Assembly (NCBI GenBank): GCA_964016885.1
Contig: OZ024742.1
Span: 314,402,001 to 314,466,000, forward strand
Length of the DNA: 64,000 nt
From: Eledone cirrhosa
Taxonomy: Eukaryota
Direction of reading: 5' to 3'
Shown one piece after another: positions 41,701-55,145 of the stretch. A program made the position numbers and the translations under genes. How positions within the stretch are numbered: position 1 is the first letter of the stretch; every line of letters begins with the position of its first letter. A model generated the notes under the pieces. The model saw nothing but the letters and a program-made list of their open reading frames with translations. It did no database searches and was not told the DNA's origin.

Positions 41701-44700
41701 CGTACAAACCACCGTTGAGGTATGGAAGGTCCTTATGGATTTCGTTAAGTAAATATAGGCCGACCAAATCAGTGACCTGCGCCGAGTCACTAGATCCCAT
41801 GGTTATGTCGAAGTTGTTTTGCGTATCCTAGCGGGTCCATAATTGGTCTTCAAAGGTGATTACGGTTTTACGGGCCGCAAGAATGACATCAATCTGGGGT
41901 CTAGTCAGGTCACTATTGTCCATGGCCATGATTAGTGCCTTATTTAATAGGATAGGGTAAATAGAGATGTAGTAAGAATTGATATCAAATTGAATACATT
42001 TTTTATCCTTGTTATCCTTGATATCTTTGAACCATTCAAAAACTTCACCCGTATTTCCCCATTGTTTAAGGTATATCTTGTGTTTAATCTGTGGGATGAT
42101 TTTATCTAAAATTTTCTTACTGATAATGCCAATGTCAGACTTGGAAGGGCAGATAAGTCTAATCGAGGGGTTGCTAATGAAGTCCTTCTTATGGTCCCTC
42201 AGAGAGAATCTAGGGTGGTTTGGGGTATATGGTTGTGTATGTCTCTGAAGTCCTATTAAATACAAAAAGCACCATAATAAAAACAACACCTTAAACAAAC
42301 TTAACACCTCTATTAATGAATTCAAAAGTAGTCATAACATTATTGTACATGCCGACAAAACTAATAACATATACAGCCTAGATTATAATACATATAGAAA
42401 GTTTATATATAATGAACTACATAAAAGCTACAAGAAAACTACTATGAAAAACTTGGAAGATATTAATATGGAAGGCTATAATATAGTGTCCAAACTAGAA
42501 CTTCAGAGACATACACAACCATATACACCAAACCACCCTAGATTCTCTCTGAAGGACCATAAGGAGGACTTAATTAGCAACCCCTCGATTAGACTTATCT
42601 GCCCTTCCAAGTCTGACATTAGCATTATCAGTAAGAAAACTTTAGATAAAATCATCCCACAGATTAAACACAAGATATACCTTAAATAATGGGGAAATAC
42701 GGGTGAAATACTGATAACAATAGTAATAATAGTAATAGCACTAGTGTAAGCAATAACGCTGGGGACGACAACCTCCATAACCATAATCCTACAGCTACCA
42801 TCCAGACTTCTACACAACATAATATCCGGCAGATTAACACCCAGAATAATTGTAACTGTAGATCTAATAGAACCTGCCCTTTAGATAAAAAATGCTTAAT
42901 CAAGGATATCATATACTCATGCACCGTCACAACTTGCAACTCTTCTGAAACTTATATAGGCTCTACTTCAAACTGCTTCAAAACCAGACACAATTCGCAC
43001 CTCCACTCTTTCAAAAAACACAGTCTAGCCAACTCCACTTCACTATCTAGCTACATACACTATCTAAAATCTAAAAATAGATCTTATACACTTAAATGGG
43101 AAGTGATAGGTAAGGCGACATCGTACAAACCACCTAATAAATTTTGTAACCTCTGTCTACTAGAGACCCATACTATTATCTTCTCAAACCATAACCTCCT
43201 TAATAAAAAATCATAAGTGTTCGCGTCATGCCAGCACCCCTTCCGACACTCCTTCCAAAACTTTAAACCCAATATATAGCAACGTCAGACTTGAACCCAT
43301 CACCACTTCTAGCAACACACCTTTGGGACACACTTTACACCATAAATCCACACTCAATTATCCACCCTATCTTAACACAATTAGTGACATCTATCGAGAA
43401 GCTTTTATCCTAGAAATATCCCCATGTAGATCTACTTTTAGTATGATTGCCTTCAATTACTTAGACTACATTACACCACTATATAATTAAATGTAAACTT
43501 TAAAACCTGAATTGTTTGTGCTATTGTTATTCTGTGTATGGAATGCCATCATTGGATGAATAGAAGATTAATTTATTAATTTATTAACATAAAAGAGCTA
43601 TATAACCTACATGTTGAGTACAATGAACTATATACAAGTGGTATATGAGTTATACATACATGTATGACTTGATAGACAGATTAATGACATTGTAAGTGAG
43701 AATTGCTCTCTGGTCTACCCTAGAGATATTTAACTTTGCCATGCAATCAGACATGCGCTGACACAGAGTTTACCAGGGGTTATAAATAGACGTAGTTCTA
43801 ATAAAACCCTGCCAGGTTCTGTGGGTAGACTACATTTACAAAGATCATTGATTTGGAGATCTGACTCTTCATGTCGAATATTCAGTGGTGGCACTCTATT
43901 ATAGAGGGTAATCATCCTAATATGGATACCATTAGTACTTCTTGATAGAGTAGACTGTAATTTAAAGATAGAATACTTAAATTTAAAAACTGTTTATAAC
44001 CATATATGTAAGGGACTCAATTGGGACACCGTTTAATGTACATTGGAATAAAAGTATTAGTTATAGAAATCAGCTAGTTACCTCGCCTCACGCATTGACT
44101 CCCGTTAATCACACACATACTTCGGGAAAATAAAACGATGTAAATTCTCGCAACAAAAACAACCTGCTCTATAAAATTGGATTAAAGAACAACATGCTGT
44201 AATAATCTAACCTAATACATCAAGTTTCCAATACTGAATCATCGTGAATTATGTGAAGGATTATAATCTATATATTACGTTTCCTGGATTGTGAAAATGG
44301 TGGTGCATACGAAAACCATAACATTATTTTGTTTCTCATTTTTAATATTTCTCTGCACACAAGCTTCTTTATCATACATAAAAAATACTTTACCAGTACA
44401 ACCCCCATAATACTGCTTAAAGTGCTTGTATTGCATATAACATCTTGCCGCACATTAATCTTATATAAATAAGACACACGTGCATGCACCACGTGTAACT
44501 ATTGCATACACTAACTACTTCAAACTATCCTCTTGCATTATCTTCGTAAACTGCTGGTGTTGTTTTTTAACTTTAATTTTGTTTTAATTTTTTTTTAATA
44601 TGATTTTAATTTTGAATGTAAATTGCCATGCTAAAATATTATAATGGATGTCACCCCACTGTGCATCGATATATACATATGTTTCTGGATGTTTCTTGTG

Positions 44701-44990
44701 TTGGAAAGGAGGTCATGTATGTAAACAATCATTTAAAAATTGCTCCGAAGACTCCAAACCTCGGTTTGGACGAAACAATTGTAAGCTAATAAATGGTTTG
44801 AACAGAACTTTGATTCATGTGATTTCTATATAACTGCTCTGTAGAACAACTGATGTTATTACATTGAGCTATTTATCTTACTGGTAATAAGGTAGTAATA
44901 AATTACTGTCTTACACTGTTTAGGGTTTAAAATATATATAACTATAAAAAGTTTTAGTATATACATAACCATAAATAGTATCCTTAATAC
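38763..44990. mobile_element. Older Hydra-like PLE, inverted structure (- 38763-42253; + 42254-44990), HHRs 38803-38849 (-) and 44742-44786 (+)
   Basis: ORF remnants closely similar to 8666-11125 with stops/frameshifts; + arm has an internal RT deletion at ~42709; different 3' UTR. Confidence 0.9.
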
Positions 44991-45066
44991 GATATATATA
45001 TATATATAGTATTAAGGATACTATTTATGGTTATGTATATACTAAAACCTTTTGATTCATGTAATT

Positions 45067-45172
<106 letters not shown>

Positions 45173-46258
45173 CAATGAAGTGTCAGTTTCTACGATAATA
45201 CATGGGTCGTTTTTTTATCCTTATTTAATCTGAGGCAATATTTCATACATTTATAGATTATGTTTTAGGTTGTTACTGAAATATTAGTAAAGTTTTGAAT
45301 GACATAAGAAAAACCAATGCTGGAAATATACAAAATTGATTGAACGGCTCAGTAACTATCGTTACATATATCATTGATTAAGGAATCATTTTAGAAATAT
45401 TTGGAGTTTATTCACAGCTGAAAGAAACGAGATATGATAAGCTATTTATTCCAGTATACTACACTATCCACCAGATTATTATACTCCGTATGTATGATAA
45501 TACCTGGAACAACAGATGTTCAATCTCACCGGTGTCCAGTCCGATTGGAATCTCTTTGAGTTAGTAAGATCAATATCAGTTATATATTAGCTTGATTTCA
45601 TAGACTAACTTTTTTATCAACGGTTATTGATTTGAAGAAAATACATAATTTATAAGGGCAGAAGTGGTAGATAGATAAAAGTTTAGGCAGTAATTTTTCA
45701 TGATATTTGTTCCGTCCCTCTCTGCAAAGAATTTAAATCGCTCCATCGTAGCCGTTTTTGATCAATAAAAAATAATAGTCCAATGCAATACTTTTGTCGA
45801 ATAGATAGATCGTCGGGCGGGATACATTGTTTCGGGTAAACTAACTTCGTGACCTGCTTTAACATCATCCTCTCACAGATGGTTGATTTCAGCGATGTTT
45901 CGAGGGTTGCAAGCATTTGCACTAGACCAAGCAGATATCTTGCAGCTTCCTCCTAGTATTTTCTGAAATGCAATATGCTACAAAATGTTTTATTTTCTCC
46001 ACTGTGGCGAAGAAGAAATTATTTCATTGTTTTACGGTCTGAGTTCAAATCCCGTCGAGGTTAATTTCGCCTTTCATCCTTACGGGGTCGATAGAATAAA
46101 GGACCAGTAACGTACTGGGTAATTGGTGGCCTTGTACCAAAAATTGAAACAATTATTTCATTGTTTTGATTTCTTGATCTAATCCACCACAATCATGATT
46201 TGTATAGAATTATACACATACATACATACACACACAAATTCACTCATACACATACATA

Positions 46259-46299
<41 letters not shown>

Positions 46300-46313
46300 A
46301 CACACACACACAC

Positions 46314-46365
<52 letters not shown>

Positions 46366-47031
46366 ACATACACACATACACACATACACAGACACACAGA
46401 CACACACACACACAAACACACACAACGATAGTGAAAACACCTGCGTAAAATGTAAAATTAGCTTGCGAACGTATATATATGTATGGGGGGGGGGGGGGGC
46501 GTCATGTTATAATATTGACAGAAATAATTGTTTCTACTTTTGGCACAAGACCAGCAATTATCCAGTGCATTACTGGTACTTTATTTTATCGACCCCGTAA
46601 GTATGAAAGGCAAAGTTAACCTCAGCGAGATTTGAACTCAGAATGGAAAGGGCCGTAACTCTATGCGTCAACGCATGGCGTTTGACCCTCTACCGATACT
46701 GCCAATGCAGCGCCCTTATTGACAGAAATAATATTGACAGAAATAATAATAAAACACACTAACTGTTTTGTTTGGGTTGGTTTTCTCTTCCGTATATTTT
46801 ATATGCCTATAGTTAATTTAGCTGTTAAAAATATAGAAATAAATATATATGAATATAGTCTCTCAGATTTCTTTCATCACACACCTGTGGCATCATCAGT
46901 GATACTATTATGTTTGTTTCCATTGTATTGTAATGTTTACTTATTCCATTTATTTATTTATTTACTATTGTCTACCCAAATATAAAATTACTGTTTCAAC
47001 ACACGACTTCATATCAAAACTGAAAAACAAA

Positions 47032-47122
<91 letters not shown>

Positions 47123-48494
47123 ATGTGTGTGTGTGCGTGTGTGTGTGTGTGAGTGATTGTGTGTGTGTGTGTTTCTGTGCGTGTGTGTGTGTGTGTTTCT
47201 GTGCGTGTGTGTGTGTGTGTTTGTAAATATACATATATACATATGATATATATATATACGCACCTACACAAACACACACAGCATTTATCGTAACTTGCCT
47301 GGCACCAAAAAAGTGTAGATATATGAGGAAATGCATTGTAAATGAAGCAAACATTGCATAAGAAAATTCAATTTAACTCTGGAAAGAGCACAAATTTATA
47401 TTGTTTCGTATTTTCTGTTATATAAGCATTTCTATGCTCATTCTAATATTAATTTATTAATGCATTTGCGCTTTCATATTTTCTGATTCAAGTGTTATCT
47501 TTTTTTTTCAGGCATTTTCTTATCCTCATATTTTATGATTTCCTCCTATTTTGTATTGACATCAGTATTTATTTCCTCGTTTGTATTTTTCTTCTTTAAG
47601 CTTCTATGTTTGTTTTCAACAACATTCCTATTTCCTATGTATCTCGTTTTTCTTTCTTTCATTCTTTCTAATGTTTTTATAGAATTACTTTCATTCTGCT
47701 CTGTTCATTTTTTTCTAAGCTTATCATATTAGTGTAACTCAGCAAACAGAATAAAGAAAACTGTATGGCATATCTTATGAATTTAGATTAAACATTTCAG
47801 CTATGAGAAACTAATTAATATAAATCCTGAATATTTCATATTTTTTACTATAAAAACGTATTTTATATTTGTTTACCACGAAAATGAAGAATATGTATTG
47901 ACACAATGAGAGAAACAAAATAATAATATTAGGAACGAAGGAAGATTGCGATATATTTATTTATGATATTTGAATTTTAAGTATTACGATCATGGCAGTA
48001 ATCTACTAGAATAACAGTTTTGAAGAAAGTGAGATGCGTTAGGGAAATTAAATTGCTATGGGAGGATTTTTAGATTATGAATCTGTGTTCTCATCAAATT
48101 ATTTGCATTCAGACGTTTTCAATTTATGCGATTGTTTTGCAACGGATATGTAACTTCCCTAAGACCGGTTTTCTAAACTCTTTCTGCATACAATACAGAA
48201 CAGAGCAAATACGAAACACCGAAAGTAATTTAACCGTTTATGCTACTATTTCTGATTCTTTAACATTGTTCCCGATTTTCTATATGAATATTTAGATGAG
48301 GAATTAATCCTTTTAGCACTTGTCTTACTTTCATTTTGCATCACATTTATTGAACAACAGCCTCGCATGTTTTTTACTGCTTTATTCAATTTATTCAATA
48401 TACAAAAATCACAATGTCGTGAAAGTCCACTGACATTATATAAACATGATTGAACAGTTTCTAACAAAAACGAAACACATTATTAAAGGGAACA

Positions 48495-48685
48495 GGGCGG
48501 TGTATTGGTAGTATCGGTAGAGAGTCGGATGCCATGTTTTCCAGCATAGTTACGTCCCTTTAAGGTCTGAGTTCAAATTCCGCCGAGGTTAACTTTGCCT
48601 TTCATCCTTACGGGGTCGATTAAATAAAGTACCAGTAATGTACTGAGTAATTGCTGGCCTTGTACCGAAAGTAGAAACAATTATT
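48495..48685 (+). mobile_element. tRNA-derived SINE, near full length
   Basis: GGCGG..TTGGTAGTATCGGTAGA..CTGAGTTCAAATTCCGCCGAGGTTAACTTTGCCTTTCATCC. Confidence 0.85.
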
Positions 48686-49995
48686 AAGGGAACAGAAAAG
48701 GAAGAGAAAAAATAAAAAAAGAGTAAACGAAAAGAAGGATCGTGGAGAAAGAGAGGGAGAGGGGGAAAGGACAGCCACTACATCCCAGTCTGAGAGGTGC
48801 TTCAACCGCGCCACGTATACCAAACGGCAGTAACGTTACTATGGTAGATGGCCACAGATATCAGCTGCAACATCCATCCCACGGGTTTCCCTCCTCAAGT
48901 GGGTCAACGTTTTCGTTTATTTATTATTTACAATGGGCTGATTTCCAACAACCTTGCGTTTTAGTTAAAACAGTATCAGAAAAAATATAGATACAAATAG
49001 GAATCAACAACAAATTCATATGCATATAACAGATTCAGAAAAAAATATGCAATGATTTCGGGGCATATTCGAGCCTGACTCTGTAATTCCATTACGTTAA
49101 TGTAGATTATCATTTGCGACGTATTGTTTCCTGTACAATAATTTTAGCTTCATAATTTTGTTCGTTATAGTTATAATATTTGCTGAGTTAAATCATGAAT
49201 TATTAAGTAATCGAATACAAATCATTGATTAAAAGGCAAAGACGAAGAGGAAGGATATAAATAGATTAGGAAAAATAGTCAGGCAACAAAACTTAAGAAT
49301 CCTGATGCATTTGGTTACACTTATATGAAATGTTATTGTGCAATTTAAAAGTAATATTAGACGTAAATCATGAAGGAATTCATGATTTGGTTATTCACGG
49401 CAGACATTCTTGTGTTTACTGATGAGGTTATTGCTATTGATGGGGTCTTTATCGTGGTATTATTGTTTTGTTTAGGTTGTTCTTGTACTGAGTTAGGAAT
49501 CTTTAAGATTCTGAAGAAGTATATTTTAGGCTACGAACAGGGGTATTTGTCTTTTAAAGTCTCCCTGGAAAATAAACATGAAAGCCATTTATTGTCTGTT
49601 CAAGCAATTTGATTTTACATGTGCTAGTTGATAAAATGTAGCGAATATGAAAGTAAGACTGAATAAAGTCTATTACGTTATGAAGACAATTAATACATGG
49701 TAATAATTAGCCTGCGCAGTTTAATGAAAACACAAAAGCTATATAGGGTGAGTAATATTAAATATTTGTTTCTACGTTAGGCACAAGGCCAGCAATTACC
49801 CAGTGTATTACTGGTACTTTATTTTATCGACCCCGTAAGGATGAAAGGCAAAGTTAACCTCGGCGGGATTTGAACTCAGAATGGCAATGGCCGTAACTCT
49901 ATGAGTAATATTAAATATTATCCAGTTACTAGTATGAATATAGCTCGATGGATGTACATTGTATATATATATATAGCTACGATGTATTTACATTG

Positions 49996-50076
<81 letters not shown>

Positions 50077-50084
<8 letters not shown>

Positions 50085-51437
50085 TGATAAACACGAAATG
50101 TGTTTATATTGCAACAGACAAAGTTAGCTATTAATGAAATAAACTAATTAAAGTGAATACAATTTGTCTGTCTCGATATAAGTCAATAAAGACAAGCTTA
50201 TATTGGCAACGGCCATTTCGTGTTTATCATATATTTTAAATGTATTTAACTGCTCGGAAGAGCCCCTTCCTGGAGCTTAATTATTGTAAACGACTGAGAG
50301 TTTATTCTCAAAATATAATATAATGTATAGCTCCTTTATTGTAGAGCTGATCCTTAATCCTGCATAAGCGGCTGTTATTTCTAGCACCGTGAATGCTGGA
50401 CGGCTAGTTTTTGGCCTGCCTACACACGTGTAGTCAGACTTGCAAACTTTTTGATGTGAGATATCTAATTTTACTGGATTCCTGTTGATAAGCACAGAAG
50501 ATTTGGATATTTCACTCTTTTATTTCTATTCCATTTCGATTCTCTTTATTTTTCAATTCACATTCCACCGTTGCGAAACTTATTTAGGTTTCGAGGTTCA
50601 AATTCGTCTACAGAACAGGTTTGAATTTTGAAATTTAAATCTGTCCAGGAATCATGGCCGTTGCCAATATAAGATTGTCTTTATTGACTTATATCGAGAC
50701 AGACAAATTGTATTCACTTTAATTAGTTTATTTCATTAATAGCTAACTTTGTCTGTTGCAATATAAACACATTTCGTGTTTATCATATATTTTAAATGTA
50801 TTTAACTGCTCGGAAGAGCCCCTTCCTGGAGCTTAATTATTGTAAACGACTGAGAGTTTATTCTCAAAATATAATATAATGTATAGCTCCTTTATTGTAG
50901 AGCTGATCCTTAATCCTGCATAAGCGGCTGTTATTTCTAGCACCGTGAATGCTGGACGGCTAGTTTTTGGCCTGCCTACACACGTGTAGTCAGACTTGCA
51001 AAAGTTTTGATGTGAGATATCTAATTTTACTGGATTCCTGTTGATAAGCACAGAAGATTTGGATATTTCACTCTTTTATTTCTATTCCATTTCGATTCTC
51101 TTTATTTTTCAATTCACATTCCACCGTTGCGAAACTTATTTAGGTTTCGAGGTTCAAATTCGTCTACAGAACAGGTTTGAATTTTGAAATTTAAATCTGT
51201 CCAGGAATCATGGCCGTTGCCAATATAAGATTGTCTTTATTGACTTATATCGAGACAGACAAATTGTATTCACTTTAATTAGTTTATTTCATTAATAGCT
51301 AACTTTGTTTGTTGCAATATAAACACATTTCGTGTTTATCATATATTTTAAATGTATTTAACTGCTCGGAAGAGCCCCTTCCTGGAGCTTAATTATTGTA
51401 AACGACTGAGAGTTTATTCTCAAAATATAATATAATA
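50077..51437. mobile_element. ORF-less element H: 556-nt unit, ~2.2 tandem copies plus ~135-bp inverted arm, in (TA)n (diverged fragment ~33660-33910)
   Basis: 556-nt period (50277 vs 50833); same tandem/inverted architecture as the HHR families. Confidence 0.85.
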
Positions 51438-51459
51438 TATATATATATATATATATGTT

Positions 51460-51560
<101 letters not shown>

Positions 51561-51789
51561 CAGTGCTTGTAAAGGAGCTAGCTGTCATAATTGCAGCCTG
51601 GAATAGAATAGCAGAACATTTTGCTCCACATGTGCACATAATTCATTAAAACTCTGCAAACTGCATTTCTATCCAAGACATTTTTTTGCAGTTATACCAA
51701 CACTTAACTGGTGAACATTCGCTATCACGGGTCACACCACTTCCATATTTTGTTGACTTGAAGAGAATCCAGAAAGCGGTTCGTCTTAA

Positions 51790-51935
51790 ACATTTCTTCG
51801 GCCGTCTCTGAAAGCTTTTTTCCTCTTAAAAACCTTATCGACAGAATGGCATCTCCATAAACTTGTGTCACAAAATTAATATTTGGGTGGCAGATTTGTT
51901 GAATTTCACAGAAAGTTTGATTGTTTCCCTGCATC
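51790..51935 (-). pseudogene. Possible mariner transposase N-terminal fragment
   Basis: Frameshifted IKLSVKFNKSAT...VYGDAILS resembles the mariner HTH region. Confidence 0.4.
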
Positions 51936-52395
51936 GCAAACCTAACAGAGGTCGTAAACAGCAAAAATAACCCTAATGATAGTAAAAAGTGGCCTGTAGC
52001 CGCCACAGAGAACCGAACTCTGCATCTTTCCAGTGGCGATACATGTATATGAATTTTACTTAGTAATTATATTCTCGATGTACATTCGTGCCTATAAGAG
52101 AGAGAGAGAGAGGGGGGGGGAGCAGAGAAAAAAAGAAAGAAAGGGGAGAGAGAGATGTAAATGATTGATGTGAATGTATTACTTAAAGTCATGCGGTGAA
52201 AAAGAAAATATGAAATTAAATTCATAATTTATAAAAACAGCTACAAAATAAATATACGATTGCTCTCATTGGAAATGAACGTTTAACAATTCTAACAATG
52301 TTTGAAATTAATGTTTTATAATATTTTATCGAATTATGAATATTGTAATATTAAAAAATGCTTTGCCGGTGACTGTGACATTTCTCTTGCTCGAG

Positions 52396-52433
<38 letters not shown>

Positions 52434-52590
52434 CGAAGGAAATGTGGTAAGGAACCAGGTGGACCATAACGCACCAAAGTACTCAATACTTGAGGTAGTA
52501 GAGTGGGTAATAGGAACCAGTAAGACCCCGACAGCTGAGCTCAAGCCGTTTCGAAACGGCTTGAGCTCAGCTGTCGGGGTCTTACTGGTT

Positions 52591-52691
<101 letters not shown>

Positions 52692-52714
52692 CTAAAACAT
52701 TCCGTATTTAACAT

Positions 52715-52755
<41 letters not shown>

Positions 52756-52757
<2 letters not shown>

Positions 52758-55145
52758 AAGGAAAACTCTCGAGGCTAAAACATTCCGTATTTAACATCTT
52801 ACGGAAACAGAAGAAGATAGCTCCAAACCTCTCCAGGACACAACAACTCGCCCTGAAGAACGTACGGAATAGGGAACTTATATACTTACCATCCGACAAA
52901 GGTAAAGAGTTTTGCGTCATCTCTCAAGCAACATACAACAACCTAGCCTTTGAACACCTAAGCGACTATGAACTATATACAGAGATCCCAGACATGACTG
53001 CAGCCCAGATCGAAAAACAGACCAACTCCATCTGGTTCGACATCTGTAGGAGAAGAAAACTCCCGAATAAAGTTAAGCTCAACTACACCACTAGAAATAG
53101 CAGACTGCCCACCTTCTACCACCTCATCAAGACCCACAAGAATAGTACTAAGACATAAATAAGACCCATCGTCTCTAGCAGAATAGGACCCCTATACAAA
53201 ATGTCTTGGCTCCTCTCCCAGGTCCTCAAGCCTCTACTCACCACCTTTCCCGGGCATGTCAGTAGCTCCGACGAAGTCATACGTAGACTACACCAACTCC
53301 AGCCAGAAGAACTTAAACTAAATAGATACGCCTTTAGCCTCGACGTTTTCTCCCTCTACACTACAGTCCCCGCTCATCCAGCTGTCGATTTATTGACGGA
53401 CTGCGTGGTCGCAGAGGACATCCGCTGCTACGGCCTCCATCCGACGGACATACACCAACGTTTGTCCTTCGCAGTGGACAACACGTACTTCACCTTCCAC
53501 CACCACACATACAGACAAACAACTGGATTACCCATGGGATCAAGCCTATCGGGCCTGCTGGCCCTCACCTATATGAACCAGCTAGAATGCCGAGCCCTCA
53601 ACACCTGCCATTCCCATACCTTATACACCCGATATGTAGATGACATACTCATCCTTACATCATCCCGCGAGGAGGCAGATAAAATATACACAACATTCGC
53701 CAGCATGGACGCCAGTATAAAGTTCAGCATAGAACACCCCGATGACCGCGGATCCCTATCCCTACTGGACTTCCAACTCAGGGTAACAGAGGAAGGCAAC
53801 ATCCACACCTGCTTCTATAAAAAAGCCACCAGCAAGGACCTGTTCGTACATTTCAGATCGGCCCTCCCAGCCGGCGCTAAGTTCGGATACATAAGGAACG
53901 AACTACACGTATCCGGAACAAATGCACCGACGCTAGAGACCGAGACAAACACACCACACATTTCCTGGAAGTACTCAAACTGAAAGGATACACGACATCC
54001 ACCACAAACCGTGCCAGAAAGAACAGAGGACACCACACCCGAGGCACTAACACTTGCTTCCTGAAGCTCCCACACTTCAGTGACGAAACAACAACAGCCA
54101 TCCGCAGAGCTATCAGACGAGAGGGACTAGATATCCAACTGGCCCACTCAGGTCCTTCTCTACGCGGACAGCTAACCAAAAGACACTCCACCAGACATGA
54201 CAACCGCTGCAAGCTAGCGAACTGCCGCATCAACGACACAGACCTGTGCCACCAGGCTTACGACGTATACAGACTAGAGTGCGACAAATGCAGCAACCTC
54301 TACGTAGGTAGCCCCACCAGACCACTCCACATAAGAATAAAAGAACACCTCAATACTAACGCTTCCTCATTTAAGAAACACCTAGTTAAATGCAAAAACA
54401 CCGACAAAACCATAACAGTTAGGATAGAACTAAGGAAAGAAAGCTCGGCAATCTTAGAATTAAGGCAGCACTAATTATAGACAAAACACAACCACCAATC
54501 AATAATAGACTAGAACTCAACACCCTATTTATAACTTGATAGAGCATCTAGCCCCATACTTACGCCCCCCTCCCACACACACGCACACACACATGCACGC
54601 ACACACACACACACACACACACGCTTATACCTCCACTTATTCTCTCTCTCACACACACATACACACACAAATACCAGTTCTAACACGAGAGAACATCTAT
54701 CCCCACATTTTCGTATAGACATATCTTCTCACACTCACACACACACACACACACACACATATTACACCTTCACGCATTCTCCCACACTCTTAAACAGGCA
54801 TGTAAAAAAAACAACCTTTTAAAGGGAGACTACTCTTTATCCACCTAACCTTAACTCTTTGACATTAGAGATAGAACAGATACCCTATACCATTTCCTGT
54901 CAGCATGACTTGGCAAGCTATTTAGAACACTGGTTTAACCGCTTTACTTCCCTCCGAAGAAGAGATATTATCTCGAAAATTAAGGACATTTAAATAAATC
55001 TAAGGTAAAAGACTAATTGTTAACAATATCTTTTGCATTTGCATTCTTTATTCTATGTCCATACCTGCATTGTTTTGGCTTTACAAACACAAACGTGTAT
55101 ACCTCATTACACAATGCTTCAAGTGAACTATAACTTCCTGCATAT
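52756..55145 (+). mobile_element. Decayed Penelope-like element of a different clade (RT + Cys linker + GIY-YIG)
   Basis: PSDKG, LPTFYHLIKTHK, RPIVS, SLDVFSLYT, GLPMGS, RYVDD, LLDF; C..C..C, VYRLECDKC..YVG..RIKEH; frameshifts; HHR-like motif 54951-54985. Confidence 0.85.
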
